Made by a program: the position numbers and the translations under genes. A model generated the notes under the pieces. That model saw only the letters and a program-made list of their open reading frames with translations. It was not told the DNA's origin and made no database searches. This document shows, one piece after another, positions 23,521 through 37,215 of a stretch of 64,000 nt of DNA (positions are counted from its first letter, which is position 1; each line of letters starts with the position of its first letter). The stretch spans positions 145,018,001 to 145,082,000 of the forward strand of contig NC_086097.1 of assembly GCF_963921235.1 (NCBI RefSeq), read 5' to 3'. Source of the DNA: Mobula hypostoma. Lineage: Eukaryota.

Positions 23521-24407
23521 ATGATATGACTTCATGAGATCTCATCCAACCTGGGACATTCATCAACCCTTACGCATCTCATGACATCTAACACCTTCTT
23601 CTTTATGCGGACCTGCTCCAGATTTCGTGCCTGCCCATCTCTGAGCTCACTACTTTTCACATCCTTTCTCTTGGTGAACACCAGAGAGAAGCCACATTGC
23701 CTTCCTGCATCTGTAGATTATTATTTTGGTCCCTAAAGGAGTCTCAGTTTTTCCCTAACTATCCTCTTGCTTCTGATATACTTATCCAATGGTCATTCAG
23801 GCTTGAGATAGGAGAGGGCCAGGTTGATTTGGCCACAGGACAATTAGGCCCATTTGAAAACTTAAAGGGCCAGCTATCGGGTGATCTGACAGTCAGGGTT
23901 CAAAGTGAGGTCAAAGGGACTGATGGGTGGGGAAATCACTACCAAGGGAAATGTGGACTTGAGTATAGGAAGCAACTATGGAATTTATTTTGGGGGTTGT
24001 TCATGTACTATGCAATACAACACAAATCTTTGTTCAAGATTGACCACATTGGTTGCTGTGTATAACAAGAAAATATGGAGTATTTTTCCCTGAAATCCTC
24101 AAAAAGGAACATTGCACAGTGAATGATGTCATCACATTTTTATGCACATCTAATACATACATTACATGGTATATATGTAGGGATGAGGAAGAATTCCAAT
24201 AGCCAGATGGTGGTGAATCTGTGGAATTCATTCCCACGGATGACTATGGAGGCAAATTCACTGGGATATATTTAAAGCGGAGGTTTATAGGTTCTTGATC
24301 AGTAAGGGTGTCAAAAGTTACTGGGACAAAGCAGGAGAATGAAGTGGGAAGGGTTAATAAAACAGTAATGATGGAATGATAGAGCAGACTCAGTGAGCTG
24401 AGTGGTC

Positions 24408-24843
24408 ATGGAAAACTAAATTATGCAAAAATATTACAAAAGGTTATAAAGATAAACTGTGACCAAATGTATGTTTGAAATTAACAATGACTTAATCAAG
24501 TACATTATGATAATCTGTTCTCTGGTAACCAAGATTGGAGCAAGAGGAAAAAAGTGAAACAAATAAAAAATAATTACAAAAAATAAACAAAAGTTTGAAT
24601 AAGAGGTAGGCTTCAAGAGATTTCTTAATGGATAGAGGAAGATAAGGAAACAGAAATGTTTATTCCGGCTCAGGACCTTGGTAGCTGAAGGTATGTCTTG
24701 CATTGATGAAGAATATTTGGGACGAGAGAGGCCAAAACTGCAGGATCACTGAGCTCTAGAAAGGTTATATGCTTAGTGACGATTGGATTTCTAAACCTGA
24801 GATTTTCCTAAGTCAATGCTTAAGAATGAGGAATATCTCAGTA
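24408..24843 (+). repeat. Local duplication, copy A (paralog at 33131-33577)
   Basis: Colinear exact blocks, e.g. ACTTAATCAAGTACATT, GTAACCAAGATTGGAGCA, AAGAGGTAGGCTTCAAGAGA, ATTTCTAAACCTGAGATTT. Confidence 0.9.
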
Positions 24844-24884
24844 GGACATTGATAGGTTTGGAGAACAAGCACCAAAATTGGACT

Positions 24885-25516
24885 ACAACAAAAGGCCCAC
24901 CAACGCGTTCACTTCCTGAGAAAACTAAAGAAATTTGGCCTGTCGCCTAAAACCCTCATTAATTTTTATAGATGCACTGTAGAAAGCATTCTTCTAGGAT
25001 GCATCACTACCTAGTATGGAAGTTGTCCTGTCCAAGACCAGAAGACGCTGCAGAAGATTGTGAACACGGCGCAGCACATCACACAAACCAATCTTCATCC
25101 TTGGACTCACTTTACACCGCACGCCGTCGGAGCAGTACTGCCAGGATAATCAAGGACTCGACCCCAGCCAACACATATTTTGTCCCTCTTCCCTCCGGCA
25201 GAAGGCTCAGGAGCTTGAAGACTTGTACGGCCAGATTTGGGAACAGCTTCTTTCCAACTGTGATAAGACTGCTGAACAGATCCTGACCCGAATCTGGGCC
25301 ATACCCTCCAAATATCCAGATCTGCCTCTCGTTTTTTTTTGCACTACCATACTTTCCATTTTCTATTTTCTATTTATGATTTATAATTTAAATTTTTAAT
25401 ATTTACTATCGATTGGTACTCCAGGGAGCGGGAAGCACAGAATCATATATCGCTGTGATGATTGTACATTCCAGTGTCAATTGTTTGGCGACAATAAAGT
25501 GTAACGTATAAAGTAT
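24885..25516 (+). mobile_element. Rex1/Babar-like LINE 3' part
   Basis: FYRCTVESIL.GCIT, PLPSGRRLRSLKTCTARFGNSFFPTVIRLLN, and a GACAATAAAG...AAAGTAT tail. Confidence 0.85.
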
Positions 25517-27782
25517 AATATTCAAGGATAGAAGATTTAGTTCAGGAGAGCTTGACTGAATGTTTTTCTGTCTTCTGGATACATCATGAAACCATATATT
25601 TAACTTCCTTTTATGTGTCTTTTATGTGTGTTTTTTATCTTGAATGTGATTCTGGAATTGTTGGAGCCTGTGATCTGCGGTTTGGAGATTGTTGGGTGTT
25701 TCAGCGCTCTGCAGTGTCTGAGGGGATTCTAGGAGGCTGAGGCAGCATGCGGGAATCTCGTGGTGAGAAGGTTGTAAGCCAATGCTCGACTCCATTTTGC
25801 CAATTAAAGCTTCCATTGTTCACTGATTAAAGTGATGATGGAGATTGAAATGCATGCTGCCTGTCTTTTTATTACTGGGGAGTCGCTCTGCTACCAGAGA
25901 GGAAAGATTGCCTTTTTAATCGCTGGTGAGATTGCTCTGCTACAGGGAAGGAGAATGTTGCCCAGGTTTTCTGCATTTTGAATGTGGACTTGTGCTGTGG
26001 ACATTTTTCAGTCTTACAGGTTTTTTTGTATCGTATTCTGCCCAATCTTTTTCATTTTATGTGCGTCGGGAGGAGGATTTGGGGGGGGGGTGTCATTTGT
26101 TTTGTGCGGGGAGGAGGGATTTGGGGATTGATGATTGTGCTGCTGTTCTTTTCTTTCTTGGTTTTGTGGCTATCTGGAGGAAAAGAATTTCAGAGGCTTA
26201 TACTTTAATAATAAATGAACCTTTGAACCATTGAACTAGTTTCAGTATTAAAGCATACACGGAAAGACAGGAGAATACTGTAGATCAGGTGGCTTATGTA
26301 AAGTCAGGGTTGGAGGATTCAGTCATCCATTTGCAATCTTCTAAATTTTATGGTTCAGCTGTTACATTTCTCTGTTCACTCAGGAATACAGACAGCATCT
26401 GTGTTCAGTATCTCTGAAGAAGTACCTTCACAAATACAGCATAGAATGAAGATGAAGATCAGAGAGGTTACATGATAAATGAAAGGACCTTAAACTCACT
26501 CAGATCAGTGTATTATAACATCAGTGGTGGGCTTTGACCTCACAATCTTCTGGCCCAATAAAAGAATCCGTTGTTGTCTGCAAATTTATCCTCATGTTCA
26601 GATAATCCCACACCTTATCCCTCAGTCAGTTCCTTCCCACTTTCCCGAATATATCTGCTTCCTCTCTGCCAAGTCATTTCAGTCTCTGTTAGATATTTCT
26701 TTCTCCTCTCTGGTCAGACATTTTACCTCTTCTGTCTGCAGAAGATTCTGCCTCTTCACTGCCCAAACCTTTGCTTTCTATGCTTTCTAGACATCTGTGA
26801 CTCCACTCTTCCCAGGCATTTCTGTGTTCTCTCTGCTCAGACATCTTTTCACTCATTTCTGCTCTTTTTTCTCCTCAGTCTTTTCACTCATTTCTTTCCA
26901 CTCACTTGGCATTTTCCTTCCCTCTTTCAGCATTTTTCTCCCCTCTCTCCACAGTCTGTGTGGCAACATTGATCATTGAATTAAAAATGAGAGACAAGTG
27001 CAAAGAAAAGGAAAATAATCCATAAATTGCCTAAACAGCAGCAAAGTAAATGGAAATTTCTGAAGCTCTTGTACTGCAGCCACAGCTACACAATGTTATC
27101 ACTGAAGGCAGGTAGAATGAAGGTAGGTCCAAAGGCTATAGACAGGTCAAGGCAAAGTCCTGTTTTTTTATACTATGTGACACTTTAGATGGATTAACCG
27201 AGGTCCTGGATCATAATTATTAGCTATTCCACTCCTATACAGCACTTTTCAAAAGAACGTTACAAACAAAAACTGAGACTTAATCTTATTGATAACTTTT
27301 GTGTGTTGAATTAATATTTCAATGCCATTCTGAGGTGAGAAAAGAAGCTTACTTAGCTGATGGAAGACTTGGGGTGATTTGCTCAGGAGTTCTTGCACTG
27401 ACGTAGAAAGTCCAGGAATCAACGTTCAAGGAAAGACTTGAGACCTTTATTCATACTGACATAGAGTCAAAGAGTTAGTGTCATAGTCACAGATCACAGA
27501 AACAGACCATTTGGACACATCTCTACAAACCTGCACCCACAAGAGCCATCTTTTCAGAGAAAGTTAGAGTTCATCTTCGGGCTGAGAAGGAGAAGCTGAA
27601 ATCAGATGTATCAGTATTGTGGTGGAGTAAAGGGAATTACAGCCATGAGAGAGGAGGTGGCCAAAAAGTTGATTGGAAGGGGAATATAGCAGGGGTGACC
27701 GCAGAACAGCAGTGGCTGGTGTTTCTGGGGAAAATCCGGAAGGCATAGGGTACAAGCATCCCAAAGAAGAAGATGTATTCTA

Positions 27783-28967
27783 CACTTTCAATCTTTTTCA
27801 TTGATTTAAAAGAAAAAGGATAAATACAAACCAGAGGAGAGGTTATCTCAAATACATATTTCAATAATAGTACAAACAAAGAAAGGAATATACACTGTCA
27901 AAATCATATATAGTATTGAGCTAATATAAAGAAAGAAAAGAACCACTTCTCCTCTTAACAGTTCATAGAAAAAAGACTCAAGATTTCTGTTATTGAGAAA
28001 AATAAAACACTACTAAACTAACCTAAAACAAAAAAAAGGGGACTGGGCAGTCCATTTTGAGGATACAATTAAAAAAAGGAAAAATCCTTCTGGTCAAATC
28101 TAAAACTTTGCAGAGAAGAAAAAAAAATTAACTGAAAAAGTAAAAAGAATTAGATCATATGAAAATATTGAATAAAAGGTCGCCAAGTTTGCTCAAATTT
28201 AAAAGATCTATCAAACGTCCGATTCCTTATTTTCTCCAAACTTAAACACGACATAATGGAGGAGAGCCAAAAAAAAAACAGTAGGTGGATTGGGATCCTT
28301 CCAGTACAATAGAATAGCTCTCCTAGCCAATAAAGTTGAGAAAGTTATCATGCGTTGAGCGGAAGCAGGGACGTTTCCTGCTTCCATTGGAATAATCCCA
28401 AAGATTGTCGTAAATGAACTAGGTTGTAGGTCCAAATCTATGACTTTTAATAATGTTCTAAAAATATCTCTCCAAAAATTATTTAACTTTTTGCAGGACC
28501 AAAACATATGAGTTAAGGTAGCCACCTCAGTGTTGCATCTATCAAAGGTAGGATTTATATTAGAAAAAAATATGTGCTAGTTTATCTTTTGACATATGCA
28601 CCCTGTGCACTACCTTGAACTGAATCAAGGAGTGACGGGCACAGATAAATGAATTATTAACTTTTTGATTATCTGAAAGTTCCAATTCCCAAGCACGTTT
28701 AACCTTATCATTGGACATCATTCCGAAATTCAATAGCCGTTTTTTATATAATGGCTATCAATCCTTTTTGAAATGGTTTAAGCTGACAGATAACATCTAT
28801 CATATTTGGTAAATGAGCAAATGGGTAATTCGGTAACAAATCGCGTAAAAAAATCCTGACTTGTAAATATCTAAAAAATAGTGCATTCGATAAATCATAT
28901 TTGTCCACTAGCTGCGAAAAAGACATTAAACAATCCTCTAAAACAAATTTGGAAAAGTTTTTGTTCA
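27783..28967 (-). mobile_element. L1-clade LINE 3' fragment (ORF2 C-terminal zinc-knuckle region) with 13-bp TSD
   Basis: SFSQLVDKYDLSNALFFRYLQVR, THMFWSCKKLNNFW, LLARRAILLYWK. AAGATGTATTCTA occurs at 27770-27782 and 28968-28980. Confidence 0.9.
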
Positions 28968-29650
28968 AAGATGTATTCTAAAGGGAGGATAACATTACCG
29001 TGACTGCCAAGGGAAGTCAAAGTCTCCATAAAAGTGAAAGAGAGGATATACAACATAGCAAAAATATGTGGGAATCTAGAGGTTTAGGACACTTTTTGAT
29101 AAAAGAAACAACAGAAGGAAACTATAATAGACGTAAGAAGAGAAAAAGTTAAATATTAAGGCAAGCTAGCCAAAATTAATAAAAGAAGATACCAAAGTTT
29201 ATCAGATTATATAAAGAGTAAGAGAAGTGACAGTAGATATCGGACTGCTGGAAAATAACCCTGGAGAGGTCGTAATGCGGACAAAGAAAAGGCAGACTAA
29301 CTTAATAAGAAGACACTTGCAATATGCCAAAAACCCAACTGTGTCTGGGGCAGAAGTGAGTGTAGTTGCTATTACTAAGGAGAAGGTGCTTGGAAAGCCA
29401 AAAATCTTAAAGCTGATAAGTCACCTGGACCAGATGAACTACAACCCAGGTTCTGAAAAAAGTAGCTGATGAGATTGTGGGGGCATTAGTAATGATCTTT
29501 CAAGGATCTCTAGATTCTGGAATGGTTCTGGAGCAATGGAAAATTGCAAGTGTCATCCACTTTTTAGGAAGCAAGGGAGGTAAAAGTCAGGAAATTATAG
29601 GCCAGCTAGCCTGACTTCAGTGGTTAGGAAGATGTTGGAGTCCATTGTTA

Positions 29651-32600
29651 AGACCACAAGACCATAAGGCATAGAAGCAAAATTAGGCCATTCAGCCCAT
29701 CAAGTCTGCTCCGCCAATCCACCATGGCAGATCCCAGATCCCACTCAACCCCACACACCTGCCGTCTTGCCTTATCCTTTGACGTCCTGACTGATAGGGA
29801 ATCAATCAAATTCCACGTCCACGGAATTGGCCTCCACCACAACCTGTGGCAGAGCATTCCACAGATTTACTACTCTCTGGCTAAAATAAAAAAAATCCTC
29901 CTTACCTCTGTTCTAAAAGGTCACCCCTCAGTTTTGAGGCTGCACCCTCTAGTTCTGGATACCACCACCATAGGAAATGTCCTCACCACATCCACCCTAT
30001 CTGGTACTTTCAACATTCTGTAGGTTTCAGTGAAATCCCACCCTCCACCCCCATTCTTCTAACTGCCAGTGAGTACAGGTCCAAACCTGCCAAATGCTCC
30101 TTATGTGTTAATCCCTTCATTCCCAGAATCATCCTCGTGCACCTCCTCTGGACTCTCTCCAATGACAACACATCCTTTCTGAGATATGGGGCCCAAAACT
30201 GTTGACAATACCCCAAGTGCAGCCTGACTAGTGTCTTATAAAACCTCAGCATTATCCTTTTACTCTTATATTCTATTCCTCTTGAAATAAATGTCAACTT
30301 TTCATTTGCCTTGTTTACCACAGACTCAACCTGTAAATTAACCTTCTGGGAGTCTTGCATGAGGATTCCTAAGACCCTTTGCACCCCTGATGTCTGAACC
30401 TTATCCCCATTTAGATAATAGTCCACACAATTGTTGCTTTTAACAAAATGAATTATCATACATTTCCTAACACTGTATTCCGTCTGCTACTTTTTTGCCC
30501 ATTCTTCCAATCTGTCTAAGTCCTGCTGCAATCGTATTGCTTACTAACTACCCCCCCCCACCTATCTTTGTATCATCTTCAAACTTAGTTGCAAAGCCAT
30601 CCATTCCATTATCTAAATCATTGTCACTCGATGTGAAAAATAGTGGGCCCAATACTGACCCCTGAGGAACACCACTAGTCACTGTCAGCCAACCAGAAAA
30701 AGGCCCCTTTTACTTCCACTCGCTGCCTCCTGCTTCCTCCACTCTATCCATGCCAGTATTTGTCCTGTAGTGCCACAGGATTTTATCTTGTTAAGCAGCC
30801 TCACACATGGCACCTTATCGAATGCCTTCTGAGAACCCAAGTAAAGGACATCCACTGCCTCTACATTGACTGCCCGGCTTGTTACTTCTTCGAAGAACTC
30901 TAACAGATTTGTCAGGCAAGATTTGCTTTTACAGAAACCATGCTGTAATTGACTTATTTTCTTATTCGTCTCCAAGTACCCTGAAACCTCATCCTTAATA
31001 ATAGACTCCAACACTTTCCAAACCACTGAGGTTAGGCTAACTGGCCTATTATTTCCTTTCTTTTGCCTTCTTCACTTCTTAAAGAGTGGAGTAACATTTG
31101 AAATCATCCAATTCTTAGGGACCATGCCAGAATTAAGTGATTCTTGAAAGGTCATGACTAATGCATCAATTATCTCTTCAGCAACCTCTCTCAGGTCTCT
31201 AGGATGTAGCCCATATGGTCCAAGTGACTTATCCACCTTAAGAACTTTGAGTTTGCCTAGCAGTTTTTCCTTTGTAATAGCAATGCACTCACTCTTGCTC
31301 CCTGACATTCACAAACCCCTGGCACACTGCTAGCGTCTTCCACAGTGAAGTCCAATGCAAAGTACACATTAAGTTCCTTTGCCAGTATTGAATTCAATCA
31401 TATTATGATCACTGTCTCCTAAGAGTTCCTTTACATCAAGCTCCCTATTAAGATCTGGGTTACTACGCAACACCCAATCTAAGATAGCCTTTCCCTGAGT
31501 AAGCTCAAGCACCTGCTGCTCTAGAAAGCCATCTCGTAGGCATGCAACAAATTCCCTCTCTTGCGATCCAACATCAACCTGATTTTTCCATTCCCCTTGC
31601 ATATTGTTTCCCCCATTACAGTTGCATCATTACCCTTATTACATGCCTTTTCCATATCCCTTTGCAATCTCAACCCCACATCTTGGCTATTATTTGGAGG
31701 CCTATATATGATTCACAGAATGGTTATTTTACCCTTGTAGTTTCTTAACTCCACCCACAAAGATTTAACATTCTCTGACCCTATGTCACCTCTTTCTAAA
31801 GATGTAATTCCATCTCTTACCAAAGAACCACACTATCACCTATGCCTTCCTGCCTGTCCTTTCGATACAAAGTACATCCTTTGTTGTTAAGCTCCCAACT
31901 ATGGCCTTCTTTCAGCCACAACCCAGTGATGCACATAATGTCGTATTGACCGATCTGTAATTGTGCTACAAGTTCGTCCACCTTATTCCGAATGCTACAC
32001 ACATTTAACTACAGCACCTTCAGTCCTGCATTCTTTGCCCTTTAGAATTTTGCCTCTGTGGTACAACTTAACTCTTTGCTCTGTCTGCTTTCGTACCCAG
32101 TCATTGGTTTGTCCTTCCTTACATTCATGTTACATCCATCATCTACTTGTAAACCTGCTGGCTCATCTTCACCTCCATCATGCTGGTTCCCATCCCCCTG
32201 CCATATTAGTTTAAACCACTCCCAACAGTTCTAGTAAAACTGCCCGCAAGAATATTGGTCCCCCCTTGGATTCAAGTGCAACCCGTCCCTTTTGTACAGG
32301 TCACACCTGTCCCAGAAGAGATTCCAATTATCCAGAAATCTGAATCCCTGCCCTCTGCTCCAATTCTTCAGCCACACCACCTCCTCTGCCACCTCATGCT
32401 GTCCTCACTGTCCCCAGATTACTACCGCTGAGGTTCTGCTTCTCAGCTTCCATCCTAACTCCCTGTATTCTTGTTTCAGTACCCCCTCCCTTTTTCTACC
32501 TATGTCATTGGCACCAATATGTACCATGACTTCTGGCTGCTCACCCTCACAACATTGGGACACATTCAGAAACATCCCGGACCCTGGCACCTGGAAGGCA

Positions 32601-32930
32601 AACTACCATCTGTTTCCTTTTCATGACCACAGAATCGCCTATCTGTCCCCTGGCTGTAGAGTCTCCTATAAGGAGCTGCATCTCGATGTACCTGGTGCAG
32701 CTGTGACCATCGGAGAGCTGGAAGTCTCCTGGAAATCCCACATCTGACATCTAGAGCAGAACACTAGCTCTGCAGACCTGCCCCCTATTCTCAAGAGTTA
32801 AATAAAAAAAAAGAAATAGGATATAAGGAATGAACTCACCTAATTACCTTGCCCCTGCTTGTCCTCGCCGAAGCTTTATTGAGCTAAGGTTTTGCTACTC
32901 TGCTCAGACTGTTCTGACAATGACCAGTCC
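29651..32930 (-). mobile_element. Near full-span degenerate CR1 (5' UTR, esterase ORF1, APE, RT, tail)
   Basis: VHIGANDIG (SGNH esterase, 32405-32590), SIRNKVDEL and SDH (APE), KAFDKVP (RT), CCATAAG tail; many lesions. Confidence 0.92.
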
Positions 32931-33130
32931 AGTAAGGATGAGGTTTTGGGGTACTTGGAGCAACATGATAAAATAAGCCAAAGTCAGTGCAGTTTCCTAA
33001 AGAAGAATTCTTGCCAACAAATCCTTTGGAATTCTTTGAAAAAATAACATTCAGGATAGACAAAGGAAATTCAGTGCATGTTCTTTAACTGAATCTGCAG
33101 AAAGCCCTTGACAAGGTGATGTACATATGG

Positions 33131-33577
33131 ATGAAAAACTAAGTTATGCTACACATCTAGCAAAGTTATATTTTTATTACAAAAGCTTATAAAGATAAAC
33201 AGTGAGTAAATGTAAGTTTGAAGTTAACAATAACTTAATCAAGTACATTCTAATCAAGTAACCAAGATTGGAGCAGGAGGAAGAAAAGTGAAACAAATCA
33301 ATAATAATTACAATAAATGAACACAAGTTTGCTCAAAGAGGTAGGCTTCAAGAGAATTCTTAATTGGGAAAAGAAGATAAGGAAGCAGAAACGTTTATCC
33401 AGGCTTGGGATCTTGGTAGTTGAAGGTAGCATTGGTGAAGTGATGATATTTGGGATGACAGAGGCCAAAGCTACAGAATCACTGAGTTCTTGAAGGGTTG
33501 TGTGCTTAGTGACGATTGCATTTCTAAACCTGAGATTTGCTTGAGTCAGTGCACAGGAGAGTGAGAATATCCCAATA
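33131..33577 (+). repeat. Local duplication, copy B, replacing the interior of a CR1
   Basis: See 24408-24843. Flanked by CR1 RT sequence on the left and a CR1 tail (TATATCTTATGGTCTTAT) on the right. Confidence 0.9.
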
Positions 33578-34397
33578 AATCAGCCCATAATTTAATGTCT
33601 GGATGCCCTAATTCTGTTCTTATATCTTATGGTCTTATTATGTCCCCAACCTTCTGATTCAAGTGCATGTAAAAGTGCTCAAGGAGTGCATTCCAGATTT
33701 CAACCACCTTCTGTGTGAAAAGTACCTTCAGGTCTTCACAACGCTTCTACCTCTTTCCTTAAACATATCCCCTTTTGTCTTAGACACCCTCACCGCAGAA
33801 AAAAAAAATTTATCTGTCCTATCTAGCCCTCTCATAATTTAGTCAAACATGTATCAGACCACCCTGTAGTCCCCTCTGCTCCAGAGGAAATAAAATTCTT
33901 TCCTGATTACTAAAATGCTCCAATCTAGGCAACATCCTGATGAATTTCCTCAGCACCTTCTGCAGTGCCATCACATCCTTCCATCTAACAAAAAGTTGTA
34001 TTCCCTAAATCTAAATCCAGAATTATCTCCACACTTGTTGACTGAATATTTTTTTAGAATACATTTTAGGAAATCTGTGTTGTCTATACATTTTATACTG
34101 ATTGCATCCCACTTAATATTAAAATCATGGAAAATCCACACCATTATCCCAATGGAGTAAAGAAGGGACAGATGAACAAAACCACTATTCTCAGAAGTTG
34201 AAGTAATTGTGGTGTTTATAAGAGGGGGGTGGAGATAAAATAATGGTTCTGGTTAGCAGACATAACACCAAAAAAAAGCCTTTATTTTTGCAATGAAATT
34301 ACTTACCTGAGGAATGGCTACTGTTACATCTTTTCCTTATCAGTTGTTGATATAGGACTGGAGTGACATAAAGGCTACAATTTCTAACTTCTCCAAG

Positions 34398-34745
34398 GAT
34401 CACCACCTTGTCATGGTAGAGAAGCAATTAAGTTTCTGAGATCCCAAGAGCAATACCATCTGGAGCTTAGCCATCTGGCACTTAGCTCTATAGCTTAAGG
34501 ACATGGAGGAGGTTCCAGATAAATCTATCCAACCAAGGCTTCAGCAGTGGAGCTGGCAGAAGATGATGACACGTCACAACCACAGTGAAGGTGGTGGAAG
34601 GCTACAGCATTCCCCAGTTCTATTCCGTGCCACTGGACCCTGACCCTGACGTGTCAAGGATCATGTGATGGCTGCCCATGCATCAGCCTCCCCACATTAA
34701 ACAAAGACACACACAGGCATTCTCCATTGAGGGAACCCACACTAA
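34398..34745 (+). mobile_element. RTE-clade (Expander/Rex3-like) 5' UTR fragment
   Basis: CACCACCTTGTCATGGTAGAGAAG...GATCCCAAGAGCAATACC and GGCTGCCCATGCATCAGCCTCCCCACATTAAA resemble recalled RTE 5' ends. Confidence 0.55.
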
Positions 34746-37215
34746 CATCCTGGAATCCGTGGTTCCCAGCTCGCCTCTTACAGCCACCTGAAGACCCACC
34801 AACAGACAACTCCTTAGGAGAACATTGTATTTGACTTAAGTGATCAAACAGAAGATTTCTAAGCACCCTTCAAGATAGTGTTAGAAACTAATCAGGTATT
34901 AATGACAGCCAAGTAGATTCCCAGACACATTTACCAAAAGTACTTGCTTTTTTTAATTTCCAAATTAATTTCAAGGTGTTGAAGTGTAGCTCCTCATCTG
35001 AAATGTGGAGATATCAACTGATAGCATCTAAATTACTAAGTTCAGCAAAATGCAGGAAATACTCATCAGGCAAGGCCACTTTAGTGGAAAGAGAAACAGA
35101 GATAATGTTTCAGATCAAAGAGTCTTCATCAGAACTGGGAAACAGACAGATGAACTTAGCTGAGCTGCAGAGAAGGTGGGGATGACACCAACAAATCTCT
35201 GCATTGTGTTCAAGGCATGTACATTCATCCTCAGATTGGAGACCATGTCCATATGCTGTGCTCTGGTTGTGGTCTCACCAAAGTGTTGTGCTGTTTTAAC
35301 AAATCCACTCACCATCCCTACATTCATAATTTATACACTGTTGCAATTTAATATATAAAAATCTCAAGGTTGAGGCAAAAGGTAAAGATTAAAGTATTCC
35401 CAGTTTTAAAATCCTAGGAAAGAATGAGCCCGGAGTTTTGTGAGCAATTGTTTAGTGATGGCGATGAGTTTTATTCAGGAAATCTGTTGTTTCAAGTTAT
35501 CACTCCCTCTTGAAACAAGGTTGTGTTTGGATGTGGTTCACACAGACGAACCTCCATCTCATCCAAGAGATGATTCTTTGATGGAACAAGATATACATTA
35601 TCAAACAGGTCATTTACAGTTTAGGATTGTAACCTCATAGAATCCTGGGAATAGCTAAGAACTGTGAAAGAACAGGCTGTTACAATATTTCCTTTGGTAA
35701 GCAGAACATTCCCAGGCAAATGAGCCAGCCATTGAATAAAAATGACCACGCTCTGTTTTTATTTAACATATACTGTATGTAAAATAGCAGCTATAATTCA
35801 AAGACTAGAGGTATGATGACAATGTAAACCATACGTTTTGAGCTACGTCAACTTAAAGCACCTTTGGAGGCTTTCAGAATGACCTGGAGCTGTCCCAGGT
35901 ATTTTTGTTTGCATTTTAGATAGCTGGCTTTGAGTTACAAGCTTGTAATTTGTTTTGAGCAGTTCCCAAGCCATCGTAAAGTGCAAGACTGCGACCAAGG
36001 GAGTGGTTTTACCAAAGTCAGCAGAATCCAAAGATTGAATTACTGCCTAGAAGGCTGTGCCAGACACTTGTTATTCTTCATAATGTATTGTTCCATGGAA
36101 CTGGTAACATTTGCAAGTTGAGAAAAAAAAACTGGCCCACAGAGAGTTTCAGGGAGACTGCATATTACAAATGAAATTCAGGAGAATTTGCCTAGAGGGC
36201 TGAGGGTGGCTATAAATTTACATAAAGTTAGCCCATAGACGTTTGAATGAGCAGTGGATTGGCTGGTTTGGTTTTTTGATGATGTAGAAGGAATGATCAA
36301 ATTACTCATGGTGCAAAAGTCCCGGATAGTTAATGGTTTTCATATGAAAGTTACAATGTATAGATCAGAGATTCACCATTCTCACCGGCTTGGCATTCTG
36401 GGGTCAATATATGTTGTAGTAGGCCTGCTATTGTGAGGCACTGCAATGACTTTAGAAAAAAAAACTCATTACTCCTCACGCCTAGCTCCCTCATCCATTT
36501 ATATTTCAGAACAATGGCTAACTGGGAGTGAATTACAAGATGGAACCTATTAATGAGATTCAGCTGTTTATATGTTGAATCATCAATACTTGGAGGTGAA
36601 TTACAGGCTGGCAGTTTAAGGAGGGTATCAGATAGTTTCTATACAGAATAATATATAATCTGGATTGAGATATAAACTGGAATATAGGGGTTCAGATGAC
36701 TTCAATATAAAACAATGGATACCTAAGTCTGTTACAAGCTGTTAATAGAGGCCCATGTGATTAACAAAGGAATAGAAGAATATGGAAGCTATATACCTTC
36801 AGATAAATTTCTGAAAATTTCAGACAACCAAAACTGTCTTGTAGAAAAAGATATATTTCAGTATGCCATTACATTATCATGTGAGAAATTACAGCAACCA
36901 GTGTTCTCATAACAAGACCCCACATACAGTAATTGGTGTGAATGTCTTGTTCATTTTGTTAGGCAGTACAGAGATTGGGGGTTGGGGGATGAAATTTATC
37001 CGGGATATTTGACACAATTCCTAGAGTCATAGGGTCATAAAAAACTACGGCCCATCTAGTCCATGCCAAACCATTTAAACTGCCTAGTCCCATCTACCTG
37101 CACCTGGACCAGAGCCCCCTATGTCCCTTCCATCCACGTACCTATCCAAATTTCTCTTAAACGCTGAAACCGAAATTGCATCCAGCACTTGTGCCAGTAG
37201 TTTGTTCCATACTCG

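Larger units (their letters stand above)
27565..33640 (+). mobile_element. Degenerate CR1 host element in pieces (27565-27782, 28981-29650, 32933-33125, 33578-33640)
   Basis: Coding similarity resumes across each insertion, e.g. GAGTCCATTGTTAAG | GATGAGGTTTTGGGGTACTTGGAG. Confidence 0.8.

Noticed and set aside
26524-26979. Overlapping Phe/Leu/Ser-rich ORFs
   Set aside because: CT-rich low-complexity tract with few stop codons; no domain or convincing splice structure.
34398-34745. HDV-like ribozyme at the RTE 5' end
   Set aside because: Some RTE elements carry one, but I could not assemble the nested double pseudoknot by eye in this decayed copy.
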